A stretch of 64,000 nt of DNA. Origin: Styela clava. Taxonomy: Eukaryota. Shown in pieces: positions 1-12,727 of this stretch (the stretch's first letter is position 1; every line of letters begins with the position of its first letter). Under the pieces are notes generated by a model. It worked only from the letters and a program-made list of their open reading frames with translations. It was not told where the DNA came from and ran no database searches. The stretch lies in NCBI RefSeq assembly GCF_964204865.1, contig NC_135258.1, forward strand, positions 18,104,001-18,168,000, read 5' to 3'. The translations under genes were made by a program, and so were the position numbers.

Positions 1-1110
1 CTCGGAAATATTTTGTCCTGTCAAAATCATATAACAAATATCATTAAAAAAATGTGACTATTAGTCTCGTTATCAAGTCATCAAGTATACCAGACATTCA
101 GTAATGAATAAGATATGAAATTATAAATAAATCATTAACTTTGGTGAAACTATTCGAATTTCTTCAATATTTGTTATCACTATTTGAAAAAAGACAAAGA
201 ACTCTATATATTCACCCACATGTACTTCTGTTGGTATCTCAAGGCGACCCGCAGCATAATGTTACCATTGTAGTAAATTATTTGCCTGAATGTTGCCAGT
301 CCATCATACTTCCCAAACGTTTTGATAACGAAAATGTGAGCGGTTGGGTTGTTTCAAGAAAGCCGCTATTGACATTGGACGATTCAATCCTATCTATATA
401 TATATTATTATCTACTGTTTTAATTTGTCCATCAACAAAATAATTAGTTATTTACCAGTCAGTATGTTGGTCGTCAATAGCAAGAAGCGTTTTCGTCTTG
501 CTCGCCTGTTCCGTTTCCTGTTTCATTCTTGACAGTGGATTACCGGATGTGAAAGAAGAAAAGAATCCTCCAGATTGCTGGTTCGAAGATGCAGAATCTG
601 GTAAGTACATTGTAAAGTATCATGCTGGGAAAGTTAGGGAACGCCACGCACGTGATGAAATGCGCACGATTGCTAACAACAAACTTCCAAGCCTCCGAGA
701 ACCTAAGTAGTGACCAATGAAAAAGCAGGGTGAGATTGAAATATTTCTTGCTATGGGGAAAAAATCTATATTCAACAATTTCGCCAAAATCTAAGTTTCG
801 TGAGAATCTTTATTTCAATTCGATCAGACACATATCTTGCAAATTTGCACAGTTAGAGTACTAAAAATGAAATAATAAGTTTAAAAGCACCTGTAACGAC
901 ATCTGTTTTGGGAATTCTTTCATGCGATATAGGAGCTGGTGTCACCTGTTGATCGCGCGATAACTCCACTTCCGCGCTTCGACTCGTGGCTACCGGTACT
1001 GGCGGTCTTTGAGGTTCATCTCCCAGATCCACAAGATATCCGTTTGGAAGATTGCTGGTAAAACTGTTCTCAGAGAGTCTTCGCTTCAAAAAGTTCATAG
1101 CCGACTGCAT
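1..1110 (-). CDS. SYN: Synapsin, 5' part (exons 1110-891, 597-456, 17-<1); continues beyond the window
   Basis: Exon 1 [25 protein letters not shown] matches synapsin domain A with the RRLS PKA site. Exon 2 SGGFFSSF...[13 protein letters not shown] matches domain B and the start of domain C. Exon 3 starts (W)TKYFR. GT-AG sites are phase compatible (1, then 2). Confidence 0.95.
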
Positions 1111-4100
1111 AATGGCCCGTTCAGTTTTTCAATAATTTCTAAGTAAAGCAAGCGTGCAACACGGTAACAGTAGTCGAATTCGTATGAAAATTGTCAAATT
1201 TACGATGAAATCACCCTGCCTTTGAAAATATATGTACGTTATTCATTGCCTAATGGCTGATACAAAAAACAGAACCAACCTGAACTGCCATTAAAATAAC
1301 GGTATGGAAAGTAGGCAAGCCCACTGGTTGTACTATCTGCAAACAGAACAAATCAATATTTCATTGGAATGTAATCCGATTTTATTTTCGAAAAAAATCG
1401 CGAGGTTGCTTCACTTCAATAAATCAATTTGCATGACTGATAACTTCTGAAAAGTTAGTATTTAGGAGTTGTGCCCTGTATACTGCAGTTACATAATCTC
1501 ACTGGCATTTGTATGTGCCATTGGTGACTGATGAGGATCACGGATAACTGATAAAGAAAGCTTCGTTGCAATTGATTTTAGAAACCGTGAACATTGATAA
1601 GTTAATCTTTACGCAATCTGGAAAGTAGCTGTACGACATCAGTTTGCACAAATCAGAAGTCTTCATGACACTTCTTACGACTCATTAGCTATCACGCACA
1701 AAACGAGAATATATTTATGACGCATACGGCAAAAGTTTATCTAATATATTGGTTGCGGATGTGAAGTCGAACACAGTCTGGATTCTTTATTAAATTATTC
1801 ATTGCAACTTGAATGCGCGAGGTGCGTTTCAGATTGACAGATAAATATAGACAAATCTTATCGGATATAGGACAAGGATTTTAGTATAGCTGTCAAGCTA
1901 TGGAATGTCAGCTCGAACGTGAATAATATAAGGTAACATAACAGAAATTCTGATAAGATCTATTTCACTCATTTTTTTACATCCGCACATATTAAAAGAC
2001 ACTTTTGAGTTCTATACAGCGCATAAATTTTATTTACTTACAAAAAAATGTAAGCCTCGCTTTCGCATGCCTGCAGTATAGCAATAGCAAAATATTTATT
2101 GTTCTTTCGGTTATTTCATTTATTATGTGACACTGACAGCTTCAATATATATACAGTAACTTCACTCATGGACTGCATCCATAAGACATAAGTTATGTTC
2201 TGAAGATTTAGCCCATTCCTTTATGACGGTAAAGTTATTTCTACCAATATTAGCAACTTTTCATCGTGCAGTTGGTTACTTATATTATTCACCTTTATAT
2301 TCTTCTCCCCAATAATGTAATATAATTCTTCTTCCAATGATATATACCATGAGATAATTTATAGATAAGACTGACTAAAACAATATTCAAAATGCTTTAT
2401 CTGGCTAATTCATCAGTCAAGATGATATTTCTTCAAACCTTTAGCTATATAACTGACAATGCCTTCCAATTTTGACAATATTTTGATTGAAAACTTTTCA
2501 GCGCAACACAAATAATTCTGTATTTAATTACTTAAAACGTTCGTCGGCTTCCGAAAACCGCCAATTTGAAGTTGACGACAGTTACTGAACTCTTACGCAT
2601 TTCACCTTTGCGAGTCAATATCGCAGATTTAAAAGATGTCGAATAGTTTCAAACGATCGATCAATTTTGTGATAAATCGATGAAGATAAAAACGAATCGG
2701 CGACAACTAAACTATCGATGTCCATCACGCGAAATGCAATTTCATCGCATATTGTCATCAATGGTATTCAATTTCTATCAGTAATATTAATGTATTATAG
2801 ATTGAAAAAACTGGCAGAATGTCGAATATGGAACGACGGCGCAACTCTTTCGGAGAATACAACTAAACGTTTTCGTACCTTCCAATAAATATTCAAGAAT
2901 GCTGAATAAGTTGAAAAACTGTCAATGGGATAAATTTAATCAAGGAAATTCTCTAACTATAGACTACATCAAGGCCTGGTGCGTGACTCCATTAACTTTG
3001 ATGGTATATAGCACAGGGTTTACTTCATAATAGGTATTACTCACCAAATCCTTACCATGTCATTAAAATAGAAAAGTAATTTCTCGTCTGGGAAATATTC
3101 CCACGGGAAATTCTATTTATTTTTTAGTTACTTTTCTGAGAATATCATTATCAAGTAATGATTATGAATAATATTCACAGTCAAGTTAGCAGATAGCAAT
3201 TTTTTACTGCTGAGTATAGAAGGGAAATAAATACTATTAAATCTTGCTGAAACGTAAGCGTGAATCTCAATCATTGCAAGGGAGATATCGCCATCGACCA
3301 CTCCCAACATCGTTGAGTGTAGTCTTATAGGAAAAATTAATGGCTACCTAAAGTTAAAATCTAATGATTGATTCTCAGAAATCTGTAAGTATATATAGCC
3401 AGTCCACAAACAAATTACACATATATTCACAAGTTAAAAGTATTTGCCAGTTCACGATTGAATAAATTATAGTCCAATATTAAAATGCGCAAATTCTAGA
3501 GTGTTGCAAGACAACTGAATTTGAACAATCATCATTACAAGAATAAGCTCTTTAAAAATAGTTTTTTAAAAATCTAATACTTTTTATAAGATATGCATAT
3601 GTGGATAGATATATATATGATTTATAGGTGTTATAGGCTCTTGAGATGGGGAAATTTAGGCCTACTATTCGGTTTAACATCTTAAGAACTTTTTCCGTTT
3701 GGAATTGCTAGCTAAGCACAAAATTGTGAAAACGGTTAGAGCAGGACGGGCAAATTTAAGTAAATCGATTTACGTCAGGCCTAGGTGGGCGAAACTAATG
3801 ATGAAGTCAATTTTAAAACTTTTAGGAGGTGTTTCAAAGCTTTTCTCTCGTCACGACTCTAGACAAGCAAATACTGATTCAAAACGTAACACGATAATAT
3901 ATCTTCAGAATTATGGCTGAACTGAAAATTAAGGTACAGTCATGAAAATCTCGGATTCGACTCAAATCTCAGTAACATCAGAATATTATGCAACAAAACT
4001 TGATATATAATTTTGTTACGATTGTAACTCACGTATGTCTCCATATTACCATTGCATTGCACTCTGAAATATAGTTTAAAATTATATTTTATGCTCTTCC

Positions 4101-5586
4101 ATTCCCCATGCCCCTCAAAATATGCAATGTTGTCATCGGACTAATAATCGAAACAAGCTGGAAAACACAATAACTCTTAAGAATACAAATCTCAAAACGA
4201 AGATTACCCACAATAAACACAAGGTACTTATGGCTCTGATGCGCATAAAAAGCACAGAATGCTCTATGTTAGTAGTGGGCCCTTAATTCGCGTCGCATTC
4301 TGTATTAATAATTCATAGGAACGCCAAGAAAATGATAAATGAAGAAGATCGACGGTTGTTATGAGAGAAATTCGTCCTAAACGACTTCTGTATTGTTTCT
4401 GATTTCTTCACAAGTAGGCAAAGATGCAGAATAATACAGAGTGTACTATTTCATACGATAGCTTTTCTGCTCAATGTACCAGAAGGAATAACGAATTAAC
4501 GATTGGACATTCAAAAATCAGTCTCCCATAAACCTTGCTTATGAACGGCATTGCTAATGAAAGAAGTTATTCTGTAAACTCCATCCTGCTACCGCAAATA
4601 ATTATCTCATATATATAATTGCCAGACCAACTCGAATAGAATTTTTTTCCTGTATTATCCGAACAAATATATATTTCAATTCGTGCAAAGTGATTATGTT
4701 CATTTCTTTTGACAAAACTTTTCAAATAGATTTTGTATTCATTAAAATGAAACAAAAATAAACAAATCGGTTTTGATTCTGACATTAACATCATAATCTG
4801 TAAAACAAGGTTTCGTGAAATACCGGTAATCGAGCAGGCTTCGGATTTTTCTGCTCGTGAATCAATTTTTTTCGCTTCTCGCTAGACAAGTTTCCAAGAA
4901 CGACCACACAACCCCCTTATTGTGTTATCACAATTGCATAATAAAATGTTTTTAATTGTAGGTCGATTTATGTTACGTCGGTCTACTCGCGGTCTGGTGA
5001 GCTCAGTGGTTTCAATTTACAATGCAAGCGCAATTGAATTAGTTCAGCTTGCATCAAATCTGTTTTCCTCTAAGAGAGTCGTTGTCGTTGCCTTTTCAGT
5101 ATAACCAAAAACTAGAGATGCTCTCACACGCGGCCTTGTATGGATCTCAATCTGACACGCGAGATTGGCATTGACAAACGAAAAAGACTACTTGTGAGCG
5201 ACTAAGAGGATACAGATAGATTGAGATTCTGCTATTTGTTTATACTATGCAGAAATCAAAGCAAAAATTAATGGCCGAAAAGACTCAAAAGTGTATAAAG
5301 GAATTAAAATATTAAAAATAAAATGGTACACCATGAAAAGTCATTTGCACAAGGCACTGCGAAAGTCATGGCGTCAGCGACACTCTTAGATGAACTTTTA
5401 GAGAGCAAAAACCTTAAAATTATTACATTTGATCGTTCAAAAAAAACAAGCACAGTAATGAATGGCGCAACAGCACTCCAATGGGCGTAACATTGCGTTC
5501 ATTTCATGAGCAATAGCAATAATGGTTATTAATATGATTAAACAGAATGTTAATGCGGATCAAGCTAGGGGTCATATAGAGATATA

Positions 5587-5920
5587 CAGTGGTGGAATTC
5601 AAAGTTTTAGAAACACTTTTTTTTGTTTTCAACCTTCCAAAAACCTTGTAGCCTTATACAAATAAAAAACGAAACATAAGATTACAACAACTTAAAGGTC
5701 ACATTCACTAATGTATGTCTCTACGTAAGCTACATTCAGAGATTATTAACACGACATGCCTTACAAAAATCAACATACATAACTTTTGAACCGCTAAGCA
5801 CAACGCAGGTTACTTGTTTTCTGTGGTCATCTAACGTCTAACAAAAAGGTAAGAACGGTTTCCTTGATTACCGCGACATTCCAATTATGTTTCTTGCAAA
5901 CCCCCCTAATCCCATCACTG
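5587..5920. mobile_element. Putative non-autonomous DNA transposon (MITE) with CAGTG termini
   Basis: Ends cagtggtggaatt / aatcccatcactg form an imperfect inverted repeat (11/13), with TA on both sides. Confidence 0.4.
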
Positions 5921-7709
5921 TATATATTCTGAATAGCTACATTAGGAAGTATGTAAATAAGTTTGTTTTGATTTTATTTTACACATAAACAATACAGTGC
6001 AGAAGAAACAAATATACGCAAAATCAGGAAAGTAGGCAGATTCTGAAAAGATTTAGGACGTGCTGATGATACACGTGCCCACTTACCCCAAACAACACAT
6101 TGAGCTATATGTCAAAAAATACTCGTAAGATAATTCTGGTGTGGATTATATACGGCGATATATCATTTTTTGGATCCTAAACTGTCAATTTTTGCTTCAT
6201 CAGTTTTCCGCCTTTCAACCCCACAAAAACGTTCACTTTCCCTGCCGCGGACTCCAGTGTGACATGGCAATTTCCAAAAGGGCTTCTTCATCTTATGTAA
6301 CACCACAATGATCATTCTTCAATAACTTCGCACAAAATTAGCTTCCACTAAATAAAGGTCTAATTGCACTCCTAGTTTCAATCGTTCTATATAATGGGGT
6401 TTGACGGGAGCTTGAAATATAGCGTAAGGGTTCGGCAGGCTCGTAAAAGTTGGAACCACTGCGCTAACGGCTGAATCTATGCCTCATTATCACAACCGAG
6501 ATGGCAGTATATAGTGAATGACCAGAGACTGGTTCAATTCAACACTGCCAGTGCTATCACACCGGAACATCTGTATGTGGGGAGGGCATTCCCCAGGTGA
6601 AGGATTTAGGTTAACTTTTTGAAGAGTGATTTTATGGATGGGGGTCATTCAAGTTACATGCGAATTAGCTAGTAAGTACCTGGGATTCGAAAGTAATTGG
6701 CCCAGAAGCTAAATAGAAGAACAATTATTATGGCTTCAATAATTTTCCCAAATGATCCATTTCCTCACTTTCTACCTAATTCCATACCTGGAGCAATTCG
6801 TAAAAAGTAGCAGTAGGAGTCTCAATAAATATCTTTACCTATTTTTAAAGAACACTACAACAATGCTGAGATTCCATTTCCTTAGTTCCATTCACACAAA
6901 AACATCAAAATATAACTGAATAAGCACAAATTCTACCATAAAAGTAGGACCATATTTCATGCATTTCATAACAAGACGTTCAAACCATCAATTATTCCCA
7001 ACAAATTTGAAAAACACAGCCCTTTCTATCTTTTGATTTATGATCAGGCATAAAATCTAATCCAAGTACTCAAAAAAAGGCCATATTAGTTGCGCTTTGG
7101 TGGACTAAAAACCATTTTGTGGCAACTGGATAGAAAAATACAGTAGCAGTGAGGCTATGAAAATGAATGAGAAGAAATTTGAATATTCAAGGACTGAATC
7201 TAATTATAATCTCAAAAATATAAACACTGATCAAAACGAAGACGATTTCCACTGAATAATACAAGGCAAGAAAATCAATTGAATGCCAAAATGAGTAAAA
7301 AAGGCCCAAAAGTCATGAATGGTGTAATTCAACCATTGCACCAATTTGGAGTTTATATCTCTTGAAAAGCACACACAACTTAAGTTAAACTCAATTTGTC
7401 AGAATATATAGTACAGCAATTATTTTTCATGAATAACTTACATCAACTTGTAAAGTCTGCACACTTTGATAACATCTGAATTTATCCCTAACCAAGAAAT
7501 CAATTATCATGATTGAAAATCCAGCAATGTCTTATAAAATTAAGATCATGACCCTTGAATTAGAAAAAGAGAGATGTTGAAAGCAAATGAACGTACAGGC
7601 TCAATTTGCATTGAAATATTTTTGAATTTCCTATTTATCTTTAGTCTTTTATACAGACACAATACAATATTAATAAAAAAAAGTATGGCAGAACTGCATT
7701 TGCAAAAAA

Positions 7710-8252
7710 TTATTGCCTTCTGGATGATGCATATGTTTTTGGAAATGCAAACTGGTGGTTTCCTGTTCCTGTAACCAATCCTAAGTACCCAGCATTTGGA
7801 ACTAAGTTCCATCTCAAAGTAATAGTCACATTTTGATTCCCTTTCAGTCCATGTCCATCATCAAAGAAGTAGTACAAAGTATGCATGTTTTTGAGATCTA
7901 TTTTGGCATTTTGTCCTCGCATTATGATCTTGTCCCATAAAACAACTTGGTTTACTTTGTTGTTTTTAGTTTCGTATTCCGCCAAAAGGTAGAGGAACAG
8001 TTGTTTCAGATTCCAGTTGAAAACCGGAGTCAAATCTGCTTTCAAATCGAATGACAAACTCCCCAAATCATTTTTCTGTCTGTGAGCATTGAAGTCTTCT
8101 ATATTTCTCACGATTGCATCGCTTACTTTGATTTCAACTTTTTCTCCGTAGTCTAGAAAATTAGTTGTCAAAAAGCATGCAAAGGTCAGGGCAGCAGTCA
8201 CACTCAAACTAAATGCAAATACAGAGTTTGCACGAGACAGAAAACTATTCAT
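7710..8252 (-). CDS. SPCS3: Signal peptidase complex subunit 3 (SPC22/23), intronless CDS, 180 aa
   Basis: MNSFLSRANSVFAFSLSV, FNWNLKQLFLYLLAEY, NQVVLWDKII, YFFDDGHGLKG and WNLVPNAG are SPCS3 family motifs. Splice acceptor (ttctcttcag) 16 nt upstream of the ATG. Confidence 0.97.
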   Translation of the reverse strand: MNSFLSRANSVFAFSLSVTAALTFACFLTTNFLDYGEKVEIKVSDAIVRNIEDFNAHRQKNDLGSLSFDLKADLTPVFNWNLKQLFLYLLAEYETKNNKVNQVVLWDKIIMRGQNAKIDLKNMHTLYYFFDDGHGLKGNQNVTITLRWNLVPNAGYLGLVTGTGNHQFAFPKTYASSRRQ

Positions 8253-8660
8253 GATTAAATTTTATACTCTGAAGAGAAAATGGAAAACAAAGTTATATTT
8301 ATAACATTATATAAAGAGGCACAACTATGGTAAAGACAGAAAGATATAGCAAGAACTCTAAAACCATACTCTTGGGAGTGTGCAGAAAATAACAAAACCT
8401 GTTAAATTATATGATTACTGATCTCCCAACACTGCAATGGGAAAGAAAATATAGTTGATAGCCTATAGTCTAAGTGCAATTATCATGTTAATACTGTAAT
8501 CGGCTATATATTGACATTAAATTCGTCTATCAATAAGTTTAAAAAATGGATTGACAAATCAGCAGTAAAGTTAATGACTCGGCATATTTATATGTCAGCG
8601 ATATTTTGTGTAAAATGATTATGGTACTTTCCCAACCCTGTAGGACAAATGAATCCTTAG

Positions 8661-9587
8661 TACCGGTACTGTAGTAGGCTAACAACCCGTTGATCTCCGC
8701 CGCATGGCAAGTTGCCTGACACCAGTGGCTTACCATCTGTCAAAATTTGGAATCCTTACCTATTTCTGTAATTACCGGTAGGTACCAATTTATTGTTTCA
8801 GACTAATGGCATAATGGTGAAGAAAGACATACCGGTAGCCGACAAACAGTCACATAAATCAGTAAATGTATCATAGCAGCATGGTGAGGTGCGGAGTGAA
8901 ATTCTTCAATTAACTAATCACAAGTCTCGTTCGGTTCCTCGATGCCTCCTACCGGTACCGGTACTTTTTGTTACCGTACCGGTACCGTAATCATGCGTTT
9001 GGCAGTTTAGTGCGTTTTTTTTCTCATAGATAGATAGATAGTTTATTTCGAAAACTCCATAACAAACCTAAATTAAAAATGGAGAATTCTGGAGGGCAAG
9101 CAAAACCTACAAAAAAGTTTAAAACATGAAGTATCTCATGTGCCTGCCCACCAGCACGCACACAAAAACACAAGCCCAATTAAATGAGGCTTGGGCCAAA
9201 CTTAACAAAATACACGATAGTAATAAACTTTCGGGCTGTTGTACTCTCTTTCAACAATTACGTTGATAATGACCAATACCTACAACCTCATGCAAAGATA
9301 ATGTGGGGAGTGGAATGTAATAAATTTGCGACGATAGTCATACTCCTGAAGCCATGAAAGCTTTAAGAAAAACAAAGCCATGAAAAACTACACTGATTGC
9401 TAGATTGGGCATTGCGGAAAAGGTGATAAGTGGTTTAATATACAAACAAACGCAAAACCATGGCGGCAAATTCGGTGTGCGGACACTCATAAAAGCAATT
9501 ATTAGGAAAAACACTAATCACACGTGAGCAGGTCTGTAGCCTAATTGATACATTGACGTGGCCAACATTGTTAAAACAGTACCGGTA
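8661..9587. promoter_or_regulatory. Cluster of TACCGGTA palindromes upstream of SPCS3
   Basis: Seven TACCGGTA copies at 8661, 8773, 8830, 8950, 8956, 8977 and 9580, against about five seen in the rest of the window. Function is inferred only. Confidence 0.45.
9026..9200 (-). mobile_element. 3' tail fragment of a CR1/L2-type LINE or related SINE
   Basis: Minus strand ends aataaac(tatc)n, preceded by a gggcaagc/gcctgccc stem, as is typical of CR1/L2 3' ends. Confidence 0.4.
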
Positions 9588-9758
9588 TACACACAGTGAG
9601 AACAAATCAAAAATATGCCACTAAATGAATGTTTAAAAATGTTACACTGTAAGTTACACTGCAAACTATTTACACATATATAGTTGAATACTCAGTATTC
9701 AAGCGGAATTTCTAGAAATAGCAGTATATCATACTCTTTGTCACAAAATAAAATATCT

Positions 9759-9876
9759 GAATCAATCCCTGCGCCGTTCAAAACTGCGACCGCACCCGAC
9801 GACTGCCAAACACAAACTTTAAATCCAATCTTTTATCCATAAACTTCTTTAATTCCGGTCGATGGGCCTTGATCAT
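9759..9876 (-). pseudogene. SNRPG: Decayed SmG (snRNP G) copy
   Basis: ATG at 9876 gives [20 protein letters not shown]...GSRRV, 16/20 identical to the human SmG N-terminus [20 protein letters not shown] as recalled. Stop after 32 codons; frameshifted traces resembling VL and GFD follow. No further SmG exons found by eye. Confidence 0.8.
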
Positions 9877-11288
9877 GTTGATATCACGAGATACAAATCT
9901 AATAGTAAATACCGAAACACACAGCGCGTAGCATTCTCAGTCCAACAGCATTGATTGATCTTTCATCTAACAGAGCAACAAAAACACGTCCGACCCAGAC
10001 GGCAGTCTGGCAAAACTCATTCATGAATTCCCTTTATCATCACCATTAAGTCAAAATAAACTCACTGATACTGACATCGTTACAAATTCCTAAAACAGGA
10101 TTCTAGGCACGCTGGGCACTGCAAAACTTTATCAAATAGACTAGATCCTATTATCTGATCATTGCGAACTCGAGCGCTTACAGAGTAAACCAACCTCAGA
10201 GAAGTGCATAATTTGATTGACATGAGACGTGGTGTAAGAAAGAAAAAGCGGACAAAATATTAGGTATAAGTAGATTTTTGTATTCTCATTATTTATTATT
10301 TTAGTAATAGTTCCTTTTAATTTGAAACGATTAAAATTAAATATATGTATACATTGTTTTTTATTTATTAAATAACATAACTTTAATTAACATGTTACTG
10401 TTTTTGGTAATAAATATAATTCAGCAAATTACTGGTACCTATTTTTGGTCAAAGGTCGATGAGAATCAGTGCAACAAGAACATGTTCTGTTCAGTGTGCG
10501 GAAGGACTGTTTGCTGTAAGCACCTGGCTGCCTGAACACGGGCAAGACTGCAAGAGGGATATCGATACCGGCCCTGGGGTAGAATTATATACGGTAAGTG
10601 TTAGTTTATTTTGACTCAATATTCAGCTAACTGATGAAGATATAAATAACTCATAAACATTAATGAATAAAAACCTATTTCCAGATTTCGAAATAAAGAG
10701 ACTAGTTATAGAAAAGCTAAAGATAGTACCGTACCGTAGTCTACTGCAGTAAGGCTAAGGACACCCTTAACCCTTAAGCTGAGTTTAAAACATAAAATTT
10801 AAAGGAAAATGTGTTTCCAATGAAGTAGCATGTACATGTGACCCACAAACTGTTTGAGTTACAGAGTTATGAATTTTTTTTTTGGGTATCTTTGAGAGTT
10901 GTTTAAACTTGACACCGGTAGATACCATGTTAATTGATAATAATAATAAAGTAATTTAAAGGTATTTTATGAAATTAGGCCCAATTTGCCAATGCTTGCC
11001 CATCTCAATTCTGAATTATGTTTTGAATGGCCATCTTGCCTTATGTAGGTTAGAATTGCTACAATTAGGTATTCTATTTTGAAATTGTAAAATTTTTATT
11101 GTAATGGAGGTATTAGAATCTGACCATTTACCTTGTATATTGATTACATAAATTCGTTCATTGATGATAAATCCATTAGGCCCACATCTGGTGTAATTCT
11201 GTAATTGATTTTTAGTTTTATTATAATTATGTCTATCGTTAGAGTCTATTATTCTAATTCTGCATCCATTTTTTAGAAACCTAACAAA

Positions 11289-12260
11289 ATGGCTGACAAA
11301 AACGTTGAAAGTGCTACTCCGCAAGAAAAACGACCTCAATTTGGGACGAGATACCTCAATTCTGACAGTGATGTTTTTCAACATAATGCATGGGATGATG
11401 TGGAATGGAGTGAAAATCAAGAAGAAGAAGCCAGAGGTGTTGTAGAAAAACAAATTCTTGGAAAACTTTCAGATAAAGAAGGAGAGGAAATTGTAAAAGA
11501 TGCATCATCAAAATGGAATAAATTTTATGAGAAACATGATAACAGATTCTTTAAAGACAGACATTGGCTTTTCACAGAATTTCCAGAACTTTTAAAACGA
11601 GATGCAATTCCTTCTGATACTCAGAAATGTGTCGAAAAGTTCAATAAACTGACCATAACAACTTTTCCTGGTTGTAAATCTTCTAGACGGTTTCTAGAAA
11701 TTGGCTGTGGGGCTGGTAACACTGTTTTTCCAGTATTACGAACCAATAATGATTCAGACCTATTTATGTATGCATGCGACTACTCCTCTACTGCGGTAGA
11801 AATTGTAAAATCTAATCCTTTGTATGATGAAAATAGGTGCTATGCCTTTGTTCATGACATATCTAGCGAAAATTCATATCCAATGCCAGAAGAATCTTTA
11901 GACGCCATTATAATGATTTTTGTTTTATCCGCCCTACCTTGGGACAAAATGGGTGCTGCAGTTAAAAAATTATCTGCTCTTTTAAAACCTGGTGGTGTGA
12001 TACTTTTTCGTGATTATGGGAGGTATGATATGGCACAACTGCGGTTTAAATCGAATCGATGTCTTGGTGACAATTTTTATTCTCGTGGAGACGGAACTTT
12101 GGTTTATTTTTTTACCAAAGATGAAGTACGGACTTTGTTCACTGATGCTGGTTTAATAGAAGAACAAAATCTCGTTGACAGAAGGTTGCAAGTCAATAGA
12201 GCAAGACAAATAAAAATGTACAGAGTTTGGAATCAAGCTAAATTTAGGAAACCATCATGA
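11289..12260 (+). CDS. METTL2: tRNA N3-methylcytidine methyltransferase (METTL2/Trm140 family), intronless CDS, 323 aa
   Basis: Motifs RPQFGTRYL, VFQHNAWDDVEW, FFKDRHWLFTEFPEL, LEIGCGAGNTVFP, FRDYGRYDMAQLRF and RGDGT. Acceptor tttttag 12 nt upstream of the ATG; candidate 5'UTR donor at 10594. Confidence 0.96.
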   Translation: MADKNVESATPQEKRPQFGTRYLNSDSDVFQHNAWDDVEWSENQEEEARGVVEKQILGKLSDKEGEEIVKDASSKWNKFYEKHDNRFFKDRHWLFTEFPELLKRDAIPSDTQKCVEKFNKLTITTFPGCKSSRRFLEIGCGAGNTVFPVLRTNNDSDLFMYACDYSSTAVEIVKSNPLYDENRCYAFVHDISSENSYPMPEESLDAIIMIFVLSALPWDKMGAAVKKLSALLKPGGVILFRDYGRYDMAQLRFKSNRCLGDNFYSRGDGTLVYFFTKDEVRTLFTDAGLIEEQNLVDRRLQVNRARQIKMYRVWNQAKFRKPS

Positions 12261-12727
12261 AACTGATTGGCTAACTATTCTTATTTTTCATGAAATTTAT
12301 GTAAAAAAGAGATAAACATGAGGAATGATGAGGATCAAGTTATTGAATGAACTGATAACACTTTATTGCATCAAAATTCTTTTGGCAACCTACTCTCAGC
12401 ATATATGCAATTGAGATATCAGAACCTATTATTTTGTGATGTTTAATATAAATAGAAGATTTTACAGGAAGGAATCTTAGTTTCCTCTATTAATAGTTTG
12501 TTGCGTTACTAAAAATATTTTGATTAATGATATTGCAATTCCGATTACATGCTTCATACTAATTCAGTCAGGTGATGATTCACGATAGGTAACAACACTT
12601 CCTTCTTCATTTATTTTGCTAAGATTTTCAAAATGCTTTCTTCGAAAACCCGTACATTCTTGTTCAACTTGAAGACATTTAAATTTTTAGATGAATTTAA
12701 TAATATTATTATGAATGAAGTTGAGGG

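Noticed and set aside
6485-6600. tRNA gene (ggttcaattc B-box; similar at about 13085)
   Set aside because: No cloverleaf could be built; more likely decayed SINE heads.
11016-11453. 145-aa minus-strand ORF and similar antisense ORFs (e.g. 42942-43298, 29878-30177)
   Set aside because: Shadows of real coding exons on the opposite strand, with no recognisable motifs.
12322-12356. C/D box snoRNA (ATGATGA...CTGA)
   Set aside because: Only about 30 nt, no terminal stem, and it lies in the METTL2 3'UTR.
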